A stretch of 64,000 bases of DNA. It comes from the human T2T-CHM13v2.0 reference genome, Homo sapiens. Shown here piece after piece: positions 43,561 through 58,800 of this stretch. The number at the start of each line of letters is the position of its first letter. Position 1 is the first letter of the stretch. The stretch lies in NCBI RefSeq assembly GCF_009914755.1, contig NC_060937.1; one strand, 5' to 3'. Position numbers and translations under genes: made by a program. The notes beneath the pieces are model-generated. The model was not told the origin of the DNA. It did no database searches and saw only the letters and a list, made by a program, of their open reading frames with translations.

Positions 43561-46500
43561 TAATGTTATGAACAACAGTGATAACTATGGAAATTTAAAA
43601 AGTGAAGAATGCAAAACATATTACAAAAGTAATTAAAACATATATAAATAAAATGGAGTTGGTTAGAGAAAGTAAGAAAACAAGATGAGTATAGGTCAAT
43701 ACTTATTTATTTTAAAGATATTAATACCATTGACAGAAATGAAGAAATTTGGAAAAAAAATGTTGGCTTGGGAGGCAAAATTGTATTTTACTGGGAGATT
43801 TATTGACAAAATAGTTGGATTGACTCTTCACAAATTATCATTTTTTTCCCTGGATAAGATCCCCGATGAATGAAGCACATAATTGAAGCCTCAATTTTTT
43901 TAAGAAGTAAAAATGGTTACATCTAACTTCATATAAAAAGACAAAAGAATTTTATAATTCATTAGAAAACTAGTCATAATTACAATAATAACATGGATCT
44001 GAGGCCAAAGTGAAAATGATATTTTGGTCTAACTGTCCTGTCATTTTGTGTGAGTTTGAGAAAATGTACTCTGGGTCTATCAAAAGAGCTGATGTTAATG
44101 AAGGAAGTGCCCTAGCGAACTAGTGCTGTCTCCAGTGAACTATCACATCCTAGGGCATAGTGGCTGACTTAACGGGTTAACTTAGGATTCATAATAAAAT
44201 AAAGTCTTGCCTGAAAGAGAATTCTGTTTCATTGAAATCTCGGAAAGAACTTGTGAGAATGATCATCAGTATTCTATGACAAATGATAGTCCAGTAATGT
44301 AGAAAGTAGTGGTGGACTTTTTCTTCATTGACCACTGTTAATCCATTAGCAACTTAATTCCTTTGAAATGTAACTTCTTCAAAACACTTAAGGCTGTCAT
44401 TTTTTATCACTGAGCATCAGAGTCCATCAATCATTGCCAAAAATTGTCAATCACAGTCAAATGAGGGCATTTTCAGAACTAATGGATAGGAACATTTTGA
44501 CCTCATGTTTTTCAAAACCTTAAAATCACATGCAAAAGAATATAACTTAGACTCCATCTTCTGTTACTGGTAACTTTAGATAACCTTAGAGATTTTCAAA
44601 GTGTATTTTGAATACATAGTGCTAGATTTGTTTAATGGCTCATACTTTAAGAAATCAGAAGCATACATAGTGGAAAATTCTAAAAATGAGAAACATGAGA
44701 TCTGGGTTCTAGTCTCCAACTTCACTACCATATGTGACCAAGGGCAATTTCTTTACCCACTCTTAGAGCTCTGTTGTCTATTTTCTATAATAGATACATA
44801 ATATCTTACCTTCCTAGTGAGAGAACTGTGAAAATGATCTCATGCAGTTTCCTCCCACTTGGAGATTTATTACCATAAATCTTTTACCTGCAGTTGAAAT
44901 GCACAAAAACAAACTATAACCAAAACAAAATAAAGCAAAAGAGACTCAAATTGTTTCTTTAGATATATTTTCTCCAAGACATAAACCTCTACCTTGTATA
45001 TTTTGTCTTCCTGTATTTTTAATTTTCTACCAAAGTCCTTTTAGTTTTCAGGCAAGCTAAATGATTAGCATCAAAGACAGTCCCTAGAATTTCTGGCTGA
45101 GGTTAATTGTGACAGTTGTGAGTCTGACAGTTGCATCTTCATTTGCTGATTTTCCAAAGTCTAGCTGCATAAAGACCCAGGATTGCCAAATTATGGGGAA
45201 AATACCAGTAAATCTGCTTCTACTTCTTTCCTGTCTACTACCACACAGTCCTGGGTTGTAGCTCAATGCCATGTTTCACGAATACTGTGTATGTTTTCCT
45301 GCAATGTGTACCCCTAAGATTTGAGATTTGCCTGTTAAATTCCACAATAGGTAAGTTAAAACCTACCTGCTGCTTTTTTAAACTATAACTTTATTTTTGA
45401 CAAAATTCTGTCTTCACGTTTAAGTATTGACCTTTCCTATATTCTTAACAATTTCTGTCTACAGAATTGCATTCACTAGGGTGAAGTTTCTCCGTGGGTT
45501 TTTGTTTGTTTGTTTGTTTGTTTGTTTGTTTTTCAATGTTTGAATTAAGAAAACAACCATCCTTTCTGCATTCGAGGAAATCCAAGGATAACCTAAACAT
45601 TTTCCTTAGGAAATTCATAGGTGATTGAGGCTCCTGCCAACATGAAAAGTTCACTCACCCAGGAAAACTTAAAACATTTATTTAATTATTATTTGAGTGG
45701 CTCCTATGAGTCAGATACTTAAACAGTACAGCCCTTAAGGTTCCCATTATCAGTAGGCTCATCTTTTTCTTTAATGTCTGAGTCCGTGTTCCCTAATTAT
45801 CCGTTGCCCTTTCTTCCTTTTTACAAAAAAGAGTGGGAAAGAGTGCCTCTAGGGTTGACCTAGCTCTGACAAAGCAAGTGGAAATAAATGAGCAACGTTT
45901 CTAGAAACTACACCAAAACGGAAGTCACCATTCCCTCTTCTCACGTTCTCTAAGACAGCCAAAAGTACACACAACACGGGACAAATGCCCTATCACCCCA
46001 GGGAGAGTTTGACTTTTTATACACAAAAATCGAGGAGGTAAAAATCAGTGCAGCAAAGGGGTTGAGGATAGTAAGTTAGTTTTATGAACTAGAGATAAAA
46101 AATTTTTAAATCCTTTGCAAGGTTAAAAGGTATAAATATATCAGTATGTTAAAACTATTATTGATAAGAACTTGGAGGAAAATACCAATAATATCAAAAC
46201 AACATAGTTTTTTTTTCCTACTTATTCCTGTTAATGCCTATAATATATAATGCCTATTAATATAATATTAATGCCTATAATATAAAAGGTAAGGTAACAT
46301 TACTTTCTTGCTTTCTAGAAAATTGTTACATTAAACATATCACACATAAATCTAATTTGGAGCCATAAGTTTTCATTATTATAAATAATGCTATTGCAGA
46401 GATAATTTTATTTGTGTCATCTTGAAAACAATATAGACTATCCAACATTAAATGAAATTTAAGTGTATTTCATGTATGTTATTTGTGACAAAAGAGGTAG

Positions 46501-47650
46501 TGTATATGCCAAATTTTGCTAAAATAAGGACTTTAATGCAACCAGACACTGATTCTCTGGTGACTTCATACATCACTTTCACCACTCTGACTCGTAGAGA
46601 CAATGCAAAATTCATGAAAGCAAGGAAAAATATGATAAAATTTGTGGTATTTTTTTGTTTGTTTAGTTTTATTCTTAGCATTATTTTGTCACCATTTTTA
46701 TTTTTAAAATATAATACACACAATTACTTTTTTTACTGCACTTCAAAGAACTTTACAGTTTTAAATTATTTTATTCTTGTATATCCCCTCTCAGAAAAAA
46801 GTGAGGGAGGTTGAAGTAAAGCGATTTAACCATAAAGGAAGGTAAATTTCTGTATGGTGTTTTTTGTAGGAGACATAAAGCATGTCAATTATATCCGTTA
46901 GTGTTCATTTCAGATTCCAGAAACCACACCAGTTATTTCAAGAGAAAAAATTTGGCATTGAGCATTGTTAAGCATGTAATGAAGAAGTGAAAGGGCACAA
47001 AGGGTACATAAATTATCACAGAGGTAGAAACCACAAAAAGCAGCTTCCACTCCCAGGACTGGAGAAACAGAAGAAGGGGCTATTATTGCAACCTGAGTGT
47101 TGGAGAAGGGGTCACACAAAATTGTAAGTCAGTCCTTCGAGAAGGATGTGCTACTACGTGGTGTGGGTGTCTCTGATCTAGGAGGAGGGGATGGGGGTGG
47201 CTCTGATCTAGGAGGAGGGGCACTACAGGGCTGGGACTCTATCCTCTGAAGAGGGGGTATCAGCCAATTGATGCTTCCATTTTTAGTGGGGTTGGGGAAG
47301 TTATTTCTGAAAGTGTTGGAGCAAATGCAAAGTGGAATTAGTTATTGCTACCAGAGCAAACATTTATTGTCAGGATGAAGAAATGTTGCTGGGTATTGCT
47401 GAGAGGAGCTGAAAGCAAACAGGAGAGAATGACAACCTTCTTTTGCCTTTTTCTCCTTCAAGTTGCCTCTAGCACCTATGAGTAGCAGTCTAACAGAGAG
47501 CCAGTTGGTAAGAGAGAAATATGGTTTTGCAGAGCATATAAGGTGGGTGGGTGGGAAACATAAAAGACAATAGCTCAAAAATCAGCACCTAAGGTATCTA
47601 ACATCTGCTGATATGCACCCTGTGACTGTCTAACAAAAACTAAGGGAATA

Positions 47651-47993
<343 letters not shown>

Positions 47994-48185
47994 TTATTTC
48001 CAATTCTTTTTCTCCCATTTGAATGTAAATAATATTCAGACACACGCATGTGTGCATGCAAGGGCTGCAATGAACTGCAATAATTACAGAACCCTGGACT
48101 CAATAAGAGCCATAATAAATGAAAATGGGAAAAAATGCAAGATTATAGTTAGTTGAGATATAAATTTAAGGTAAGAAAGGGGTGA

Positions 48186-48505
<320 letters not shown>

Positions 48506-49913
48506 GAAAGGGGTGACAGTATGTGGCAGATCATAAGACTCTATTATCCAAAATGGAGAGCAATATTTCTGGTTCCAAATTCTCTTCTAAAACTCCATTA
48601 GTCCTCATCAAGAATTAGACTCTGTTTCCCCTTCCATTGAAACTGTACTGGCCTTTGTGACTGCCATAATGAATAGAATGTGGCATAAGTGACACTGAGC
48701 ATCTCTAAAGAGTAGGTGTTAAAATAGATATACCTTCTCTTTGACCATCTCTCTTGGGATACTTGCACTTGAATCTGGCCACCATGTTGTATGGCTACCT
48801 AAGCTACCTAGAAGAGCTAGATTAGGTGATCTGCCCAACAAACCCCACAAAAATCCCAGATGATTGCCAGTATCAATTTCTAGACATGGAATTGAGAAAG
48901 CTTACAGATGACTCGAGCTTCCAGCCTTTGAGCCACCTCAGTTGATGTTGAGTGCAGCAGTGATGAGCTATCTCTCTGGAGACTGTAAAATGTGCAGATT
49001 AATAAAGCAAAATATGTTTACTTTTCAAGCAACTAAGTTTTGGGGTGGTTTGTGATGCAACCACAGTAATTGTAACAGATTTTGGTCCCAGAAGTTGTAT
49101 GCTGTTATAACAAACTTAAAAACTGGCTTTGGGAGCAGGCGGTAGGTAGAAACTGGAAGAACTTTGAGGAGAGTGTTAGTGAAAATCTAAAGGGCTTTTC
49201 TTAATGAAAGTTTGATTGCCCCAGAAGAGACTGTCAGTAAGAGTTTAAGTAAAAGTGACAAAAATGATATTGGAACCAAGAAATAAGGGGATTATTGTTA
49301 TGCAGTGACAGAAAGTTTACAACACTATTGCCTGAGGTAACGTGGAAAAAGGAAAACATATCTGGTAAATTGGATGATCTAACTAAGAAGATTTCCAGGT
49401 AGAATACTGAAAGTCCACCTGGTTTCTTTTTGCTGTCTGTAATAAAATGAGAGAAGAGAAATACAGATGAAAAATTAATTGTTCAGTTTTCAAGCAAAAT
49501 TAAAATAGTAAGGAGTCTAGCCTTGTTGAGTTAAAAAATAATACTTTCTCATACCCAACCACATGATTCTCAAATTTGGAAATATTTTCAGAACAAAGAT
49601 AAAATCAAGGGTGGGACTATATGTTCATTTGTTAAGAACTCAGAAAGAGTTATGGCAACACCTCAGATAACTTTGTCAGGCAACTTTGTCAGACAAAAGG
49701 CCCTCTAAGGATCTTGAAGGTGTGCCTCACAGATCCTCCTCCACTAAATAATAATGGAGTTTCTAAAAATCTTCAGGGTAACATTCATCAACATCCTTAC
49801 AGAAAACCCATGAAAGAGAGAAGGGTTTATCTCAATGAGATTTGTGAGTGTGTCTTTTGCCTCAAGGAGTAAACTTCAGTAACAATTATAGGAAGGCTAC
49901 AAAGATTTTTAAA

Positions 49914-50586
49914 GTCTGGGTGCCTTGGCTCACACCTGTAATCCCAGCACATTGGGAGGCTGTGGTGGGAAGATCACTTGAGGCTAGGAGTTCAAGACCA
50001 ACCTGGGCAACAAAGTAAGACCCCAACCCTACAAAAAAGAATAAAAATGTTAGCTGGGTGTGGTGGTGCACATGTATAGTTCCAGCTACTTAGAAGGCTG
50101 AGGCAAGAGGATGGTTTGAGCCCAGGAATTTGGGTTGCAGTGATCTAGGATCCCACCACTGCACTCTAGCCTGGAGGACAGAGTCAGAGTGATATGGTTA
50201 GTATCTGTGTCCCTGCCCAAATCTCATGTTGAATTGTAATCCCCAGTGTTGGAGGAAGGGCCTGGTGGTAGGTGATTGGATCATGAGGGCAGATTTCCCC
50301 CTTGCTGTTCTCAAGATAGTATGTAAGTTCTCATGAGATCTGTTTGTTTAAAAGTGTGTGGCACCTCCCTTGTCTCACTTCTCTTCCTCCTCCTCAGCCA
50401 TGTAAGATGTGCCTCCTTCCTCTTCTCCTTCCATCATAATGGTAAGTTTCCTGAGACCTTTCAAGCCATTCTTCCTGTACAGCCTGTGAAACTGTGGGTC
50501 AATTAAACCTCTTTTCTTTATAAATTACCCAGTCTCCGGTAGTTCTTTATAGCAATGTGAGAATGGACCCTGTCTCCAAAAAAAAG
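49914..50586 (+). mobile_element. AluJ inserted in the MLT1 internal region and itself interrupted by an MST LTR
   Basis: Alu body 49914-50189 resumes as gaccctgtctcc plus A tail at 50566-50586; flanking duplication ggaa(g/a)gc(t/c)acaaag(a)ttttaaa. Confidence 0.85.
50190..50567 (+). mobile_element. MSTA/MSTB-like MaLR solo LTR, missing its last few nucleotides
   Basis: TGATATGGTTAGTATCTGTGTCCCTGCCCAAATCTCATGTTGAATTGTAATCCCCAGTGTTGGAGG...caattaaacctcttttctttataaattacccagtctc. Confidence 0.88.
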
Positions 50587-53500
50587 AGGAAAGCCACAAA
50601 GTTTTAAAGAGAACTTTACTAGTAGCAATACTGCCAGCTTGAACTAAAAAAGACAAACAGAAAATGAAAAGATGTCTTCAGATCTCTATACTGTGGGCAG
50701 GAAAGAGATTGAGGAAACTACTTAGTTGCAAAATCCAGCTAGTTTTGACGAAAAATGAAGGATTTCCCAGAAGGTAGAACCAAGAGTACAAACAGCAGAG
50801 TCAAGAGCTGTGAGAGATCATTTCCAGGTAGCAATCCTGAGCCCTAATCCAGAAACTAACGCTATGTACCCAGCTAGGTTTTAGAATTTCTGTGGACCAG
50901 TAATTGCTGTAGGCCTTCCATTTCCACCTTTTTTTATGGTGTTGATAGTGGTTATCTATTAAGTCTGTCTCACCATCGTGCATTGGGTGTCAGGGGGAGG
51001 AGGTATCTGAATTCATAGGCCTGCACTTGAAGAACTGCACCTGAGGAGCCTCATCTGTATCTGGACTTGAAGTAGACAAAGAGATCCTGATTCTTGAGTG
51101 TAAGCCTGACTATGTAGTGGGATCTGAAGGAGTTCTTGGAGGAGGGCAAGGGTGGAGAATGTGGGCAGACTGGACTATTGTATTTTCCAAAAGTACACAG
51201 CAGCATTTCTGGTACCACTAGGCTCTTTCAAAATATTTTCAGTACTCCATCAAGAGGTGAATCTATTTTGCTTCCCATTAAAATTGGGCAGGCCTTTGTG
51301 ACTGCCTCTAGAAGTAGAAGACAGTGGAAGTAATGCTGAGCGATTTCTGAGATTAGGACATTCAAGTGATTTGGTTCCTGCCTGGATCTCTCTCTCAGGA
51401 TGCTTTCCCTTAAACCCCAGCCATCAGGTCATGAAGAAACCCAGACCACATGAAGTATGTTCTGGCTGACAGCTTTAGAAAATTTCCTAACTGACAGCCA
51501 ACATTCACCTCCAGACATATGAAGGAACAATCTTTCAGATGACTCCAGCCGCCTGCTTTGAACCGTCTCAGCTGATGCTGAATCACAGCTGAGCTGTTAA
51601 CGCTCATCTCTGCCTAAATTTCAGATGGATGAGAAAAATACAAATCATAACAGATTTAAGCCACTACGTCTTGTAGTGGTTTGTTTCACAGCCATATTGC
51701 AGTGGTTTGTTTCACAGAGGAAGTGTTATATTGACATGTATTTAGTATTTGCAAAAGTAACTAAACTAGAGAGAAGTGAATAAAAATAAAAGAAGGGGAA
51801 AGGTGATAATTCAAAGGAAACAATGTGAGATCAGAAGCACAAGTGGAATGATGAACCATAAAAGATCTGAGGCATTTCTTTATCTGAGAAAGGGGAGAAG
51901 GAGGATTGACAATATAAAGATAGTCAAAGAAGAGGAAAATATTCCTAAAAGACACATTTACTTTTCAGATATGGAGTTTATGGACGCTGAAAACCTTTAA
52001 CTTTTTAGAAACTATGTTTTAAATCTATTTCATGTACTTTACTCACAATGATAAATATTACTTACCTTTTCAATTTTACAGTGTTCCTGGTCTGCTGCAT
52101 ATTTTAATTCAAATTTTTAATTTTTTTTAAGGCTAAGTAAGATAAGCATAGTTCTCTCTAAAAGGCAAAAACCTTTGAAGTAGTCCACCCCAAATTAATC
52201 ATCATGCCCCTTTTCTCATATTTCCTTCCTTAATGGTTTAGAGATGAGCAGTCACATTACCATTATGTATGAATACTACTAAGCATAAATAAGTGGGACA
52301 GGTTGCCCTGCAAACAAATTTCATTAAAGTACCTAGATTAACACATTTTAAAGGTCTCTTTAATGAATCTTTGTCCTTGTGCTACAATACAAGCAAGAAT
52401 AGGGCAAACTAAGTTGTAGAATTTTATATTTCCATCTCTAGCTTCAAACAATTAAGGGAGTTATAAATAAGCTCTACTATCTTTATCCCACTCAAAAATA
52501 ATGAATGAGCCATCCTCATGAATCACAAGACTATCACATCAACCCATCACAAGCCCAAGATCATGAAAGCAAGATTTTAAACCAGCATTATATTTTGGAA
52601 TAAATCATGGACTTGGTAACTATTTCAGAATTGTAAATGTTATGATTTTTAGAGTTATAGCATAATTCATATATCAAACCATGGCATCTATGAACCCCAG
52701 CATAGAACTACTAGAGCTTTTCCAATTTTTAGAGCAAATGTTTGTGAGTTCAGATTTTTAAAAAATTACTATGATGAGAAAAGTGATCAAACAAAAACAT
52801 TTGGACATATTAAAAGATGAATTTTGTAATGAAAATTATATAAATAGAAAGGCAATTCTTCAAAAATGTTGGGGCACAATGCAGCAATAATTAGATTATT
52901 GTTGAAACAAAAGATTGCTTTTAGTTTTCATTGGCCAAAGATAACAAAGGATAAAATAGATAACTCAAAATAGAGATTAACCAACCGGACAGAGCTTTTT
53001 TTATTTTTGAGAGGGGGATGTGGATATATATATGCAATTAGGGTGATAAATATTAAAGGGATGTATCTTCTAATCATTTAATATCCACTACATATTAATA
53101 AATAATTTCTTCTTATAAACTATAATATTATCATAATTTCTATAACATATGATATTATTAAAGGGTCTATGTTGAAAAGCGTTATTGTAGAATACTACAA
53201 CTAAATTCTAAAATGTGGAATTAAGGGAGGAAATAATCTTTTACTGTGCTTTGAACATGTAACTGTGAGGCTGGTTAAAACGTTTTTATTTCTTTATGCC
53301 TGTGACATCAGAGAAAGATACAGATTATGGTACTTTTCAAAACTATTGTTTTGTTTTTTTGAGAATTCACAGAAGTTTTCAGCAGGCATCTAAGTGGTTG
53401 ATTTCCATTGCTTCAAATGACAAAAGAAAAAGGTTAAGTACATACATATTTGATGTTTTTAAAATAAATCTGACCTTAAACTCTAGTAAATTAATATAGC

Positions 53501-55725
53501 AAGGTTCCATATGTTCAAATCCGAATTTAGGACACATATTACTCTTAGTTACATAATGCATTTCAATTAATTGTTTAAATTTGGTTTTTCATTGGTTTTC
53601 CTTTTGGTTTCTCACATACAGAACTTAAGGGTGCACAATTCTCTTAGACACAAAAAATCCCGCTTAGATCCCACAAGATGCCTGGATCCTAATGCAGTAC
53701 AACATTCTGCTAGGTTGACTCCTTCCTTGAAAGAAACAAGAAAATTCCCCGTAGAACAAAGGTTTTTAAAATCCAATGAAATTAATAGAAATGTCAGTAA
53801 AGTGTCTCAGAGGAGCCACAGGCAGTGAATTTTCCACACAAAATATACTGAAACTAGACGACTTATTGATGTGTTCATAAAAAATGTGTTTTGCTTTCCT
53901 TCTAAAAAAGTGTAGCAACAGGAATTCAAACACAAAATAGAAAACCAGACCTAAATTTAGTATTTAATATAATTTATAAGAAATCCTATTTAAAGCAGCA
54001 GTCTATAACTTTAGCCTATTTCAACCTTTCCTTTCAATTTCTAGCACTTCCAAACTACTTTTTCTTGACGTTCGATTTGTTATTACTTACTGCCTTTACT
54101 TTCTTTATGTTACCAACCTTTTGTCTCTTTTTCATCAAAATAAGAACATCACTGCTGCTGCTACAGAAACAATTGTGTGTGTCAGCATAGACACACACAA
54201 ACACACCCACTCATAAAAGCCTCAGGACTCCCAAACTGTTTATAATCCCTTTTCTTATTATATAATGCTAATTTTAATATCATAATATACTAATATGATC
54301 TATCATACCCTCTCAATTCCAAAAAGGCTTGCTGTGTATTTTCTGCAAGAGTGGCAGATTCTAACCTAACTGTTAATGTGGAAAGAAGAATTTTCTTACT
54401 TGAATTTTACTATTAATAGGAGACTTAAAAAATTATTAGTGGTCAAATTTCAGATCTGACAGAACAAAATACATATAGCATCATAGCTAAAATTCTGAGG
54501 GGTTTAGTTTCATGGAAAAAAAAGGCATAACACAAATAACCAACTCAAATATATATTCTTCCAGAAATCTAGAGTTGTACCATTTCTCTTATATTTGATT
54601 ACAAGTTTGATTACTAATTCAATCAGAGAAAAAACAATCAAAACATCTAAGACTAAATCGTGTCTAAATGACTATAGGCCACAGAACTCCCCACAGTCTA
54701 TGGCAGAAATTTCAATTGCTATTCATATCTGGAATGTTTTTATATTTTTTTCTCATTATTCATAGTTGCAGAGAAAATTTTTTAAAAGTCCTTAGAGATT
54801 TAATTCAGTTTAGCAAACTTAAACTGAATAACCTTGATGTACCAAAATGCTGAACTAAGTAAGGGATTACAAAAATGATTAGAATACAGTGTTCACATTT
54901 TTTCTTGCAACACTTGTTTCTCTTGTATTGACTGGCACACTAAGAGCCTGGGAGTTTTCAAGATAATTGGAAAGTATCAGTATTCAAAACCAATCCCCAG
55001 TGCCACCAGGAGAAAACAAGAGAAAAGAAAAGAACTATCTGCCCTTATGAGACATGGGACTTACATCCTGATGTAAGGGGGTATAAAATAAATATAAATG
55101 ACTAAATTATATAATCTTCCAGAATTCTGGAAAGGGATAAGTAAGATGGAAATTAAAGAGCATGGAGGGAGAAACCCAGACTATGGAGCAGAAGTGAGTG
55201 TCAGAGCAGATGTAAATTCGGATAGGTTGGTCAAGGGAGGTAAGATTCATCAAGAAGGTGGCATTCAAGCAAACACTCGAAAGAGGTGAGAAAGAGATGG
55301 GCTTTGGTTCCTGGAGGAAGATCACTACAGGTTAAGGAAATAGCCAGGGAAAAGGCCTTAAGAAGGCATACTTGTTGATGTTTTGATGAGCAGTGAAGCA
55401 CCAGTGTAGCTAAAGAGAGTGAGCAAAGGCAGAAGCGTTGATTAAATCAGGGAGTTAATGGGGGCATGAGGAAAGCAGTTCACATAAGGCCTTTATTTTG
55501 AATGGACTAGAGAGTCACTGAAGTATTTGTAGTTGCAAGGTGCCATAGATCTTACATTTTGAATGTATTGCTTTACCTGCCATATTAAGAATGCATTATA
55601 GAGGGGCGAGGGTAAAAGCAGAAAGACTAGATGGAAGACTATGATGGGGTGAAGTAATGGTGATTTAGGCCAAGATGGTATCAGTTGTTGATATAAAGAA
55701 GTTGACTGCTTTCTGGCCCAATGGA

Positions 55726-55889
55726 TTTTATTTTTATTCTTATTTTTTTTAGAGATAGGGTTTGCTCTGTTGCCCAGACTGGATTGCAGTGGTGTGATCA
55801 TAGCTCAGTGGAACCTTGAACTCCTTGTCTCAAGTGATCCTCCTGCCAGATTAATTTTTAAAATTTTTGTCTATGTTGCCCAGGCTGGT
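55726..55889 (-). mobile_element. Truncated, internally deleted AluJ
   Basis: gagatagggtttgctctgttgcccagactgg...gatcatagctca...caagtgatcctcctgcc; TSD-like tggatttta on both sides. Confidence 0.8.
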
Positions 55890-58800
55890 AGCACATTGGA
55901 TTTTAGATGAGCATGTTGGGAAATTATCCTGGTCCGAGCCTAGTTTACCGATGACTGAATATTAAATTATATTTGCTTTTGTGAGCATATTTGCATTAGC
56001 AGAGTTCTATGTTTATGCGTTTTCTACTAAGTAGAACGCCATTACCTATTATAGTAATTTTTTGTTGAATGCTAATACTATCTTTTGACGTATCACTATA
56101 ATTTCATTTCAGTTCGATTCCCAATTTCTCTTCTCTGTGAAGCCTTACTCCACCTTACTCTTACTCCACCCTACTGTATTCATGCCTTCAGCAATTACAC
56201 ATTCAATTTGTTCTGTATTATTTTGAGCCTGTTTCTTTGCTATTGTGATAGTTGCTTCTTTTGTTTCTCCAGTTTGGTTCTTGATAAAACGCAAGCAAGG
56301 AAAATACTTTTAGACACAGTAATCCCTTTACCCTCCAGGATAATTAGGTTATCATACTAATTATCAATTTTTGAGAGATAACTAAAATGATAAATTATAT
56401 TCTAATACTCAGTAACAGGTTTAATCAAGGACATAGTAGTTTTCATACAAAGTCTCAGAAACTGATGCTACATAGGCTGAGAAAGGAAATGTTCTGAGTC
56501 ATGAGCTTAGGTAGGAGAGGGATGAGTACATTTATTTATTTTTTCAGAAATTAAAAGCCAGAATCAGGGACTGAAAATGGAAAGTTTCACACCAGTAAAT
56601 CTTTCAAAGATTATCCTTCTATCTAGCAGAGACATTTTCCCCTCTCATCAGACACAATAAACATAAAGATGGTTTAGTTTCTGTTTGTTTTATGGTTTTG
56701 GAATTCTGAAAAAAGAAGTTATAAGGGCAAGTTAACTTATTAAAATGCTTTGAACTCTTTGAAGAAAAGATATTTTTATGAGATACATGTTCAAGGCATT
56801 CTTTCTGTCTTTGCAGTTTTTCTCTCATAAAAGATATTCTCTTTCAAATGGACTTAAAACTATCAAATGTGTTTTTACTTACATTTACTTTATCTCCTTG
56901 TACATGCTAGGGCCCATCTGAAGTAATAACCTCTTTGTTAAACTTTGTCTCTTAAAAAAACCCCAAGAATTCTAACAAGCCAAATATTGTACAATATGCT
57001 CTAATATATGAATTGATCTCATTATTGATTCATGATGTCTTGAACCATCCCCCTCTGCCCTTCACCATATCTCAACACACCTTGACCGCCTTCTTCAAAA
57101 GTATGTCTATTCATGTTGTAGCCACACACTAAACTACAGACAATTAGCTGGTCCACTCCTCTGCCAAGGCTTGAAATACATCTCTATTCCAGATATTGGG
57201 AAGACAGCAACACCCCTTGTCCTTCACATGTGATTCCTTAAATAGTACCCCAGTGGCCTCGAAGAGTCAATGCACTTCTTTCAGCCTAATTTATTCCCAG
57301 AATATGACCTAGGTGCTGGGGAGGATAGAACACACTATCTGATGTTCAGTTTGCTCAACTGTACCCTAGAGAATCAAAACAGTAAGAAGCATATGGTATG
57401 AATATTGCCCTGAAGAAGGCACATTGTTCCACTTTGGAATTTAAAATAAGCAATGCAGCAACTGTTATTAACTAGCTTAGATCCTTTCTTCCAAATCAAA
57501 AGACTTTATAAAGTTTCAGGAAGCAGTTTGGTAGATTATGTGTCCTAAAGGTTTTCTGTCTTCAAGACTAGAGTCAATGATTCCACAAAGGAAAAAGCTC
57601 CTTAATAACTGCCAACACAGACCATTAAAAACACACAACTTTATGCTTTGCCTTTTCCCCACCTCTGCAGCGGCAATAACCATGTTCAATAACTAAGTCT
57701 TTGAGCGGCTGCCTGGTGCTGAAGTTAAATGCATATGACAGAAATACCAGCACTGATGGATGGCTCTGGACCTGCCATGCTGACAAAAGCCTGGGATGTT
57801 TGCAATGGTTGGTTATCAGTGAAAATGGGCATTACCTGATTTGGCATTTGAACACTTTGCAGATCCTAAAGTGATGGTCAGCATTGAACCCTGAAGACAC
57901 AATGCTAGCAGGGTTAATACATGGCAGAATCTGTCTATACACTGTGGTGACTGATTATTTACTGAATCCCAGAAACAGATCTTTTGATAAGCAGACCTTT
58001 TGATAGATTTACTTTTGGGGAGTAAATTTCCAAGTTTTTATTTTTTCAACTAAAAATACTAGCAAATACAAAGATCCTCACTTGTTCGTAGTATTTTTTT
58101 ATGAGACCTTATAGAATAAAAAACCTTTCAAAATGTTTTCATTTCCATCATTTATTTTGTCAAACCTCTGTAAATTTACATTTTGAAACTCATTTGCCTT
58201 CTAGGCATTATTATTTTTCTTAGTTTGTCTATAAATAGAATGATGACTTTGCATGCTAGTTTCATCTGGTATATTTTTATGTATTTATTTATATTAAACT
58301 TACTTTAGAAACATAAGCTAGACTAATGGCTTTTTTGCAAACAAACAAACAAACAAAAAGGATCTTAACTTAGTGGGAAAAAACAATCATCAAAGCAAAA
58401 GGACAAGATAGTATTTCAAAAATCATGCTGAAGGTATTGCAATTAAAACCAAATTTAACTCTGGGGTTCCAAGTAGCCCAAGCAAAAAGGGAAATATTAT
58501 AGGATACAGATCTCTTTTTATCTTGAAGCAAGCATATCAATTCATCAGAAAAACACAGCATTTTTTTTTTTGTTCCACAGTTCTGAAAGTAAAACTTGCA
58601 AGTGTTTGTTTTTCCTTTGAAAATAAGGGCCACTGAATAAAATACTGACCAGCATTCACAGTGGAACTTTTTATAGAAACTACAGTGGTATTCTTCTTAG
58701 AGGTATTTCTTTTATTTGACCTTAGCAGGGGACAAGAACACCACGATGAACCAGAGTTATGTCAATGAATAGAGAAAAATGTTTTAGTTCAGTAGCATTT

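Larger units (their letters stand above)
48522..51718 (+). mobile_element. Two-LTR MaLR provirus (MLT1G/H-like): 5' LTR ~48522-49077, internal region 49078-51159, 3' LTR ~51160-51718
   Basis: Two homologous LTRs (tgtgg(g)caga...ccaaaa...gcctttgtgactgcc...agtggtttgt); internal region starts gattttggtcccagaagt; purine tract ggagggcaagggtggagaa before the 3' LTR. Confidence 0.8.

Noticed and set aside
44810-44888. 79-nt minus-strand exon candidate (CTGCAG|GTAAAAG...GGAAG|GTAAGA)
   Set aside because: The splice sites look good, but all frames contain stops and the donor lies in MIR-like sequence; it cannot be distinguished from a pseudo-exon without transcript data.
46448-46814. Overlapping 120-aa (+) and 91-aa (-) ORFs
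   Set aside because: Low-complexity F/I/K-rich translations typical of AT-rich DNA; no recognisable homology or convincing splice pair.
47171-47220. 20-bp direct repeat ctctgatctaggaggagggg with a 10-bp spacer, superficially CRISPR-like
   Set aside because: Only two copies, eukaryotic context and no cas genes; a simple local slippage duplication in probable old LTR sequence.
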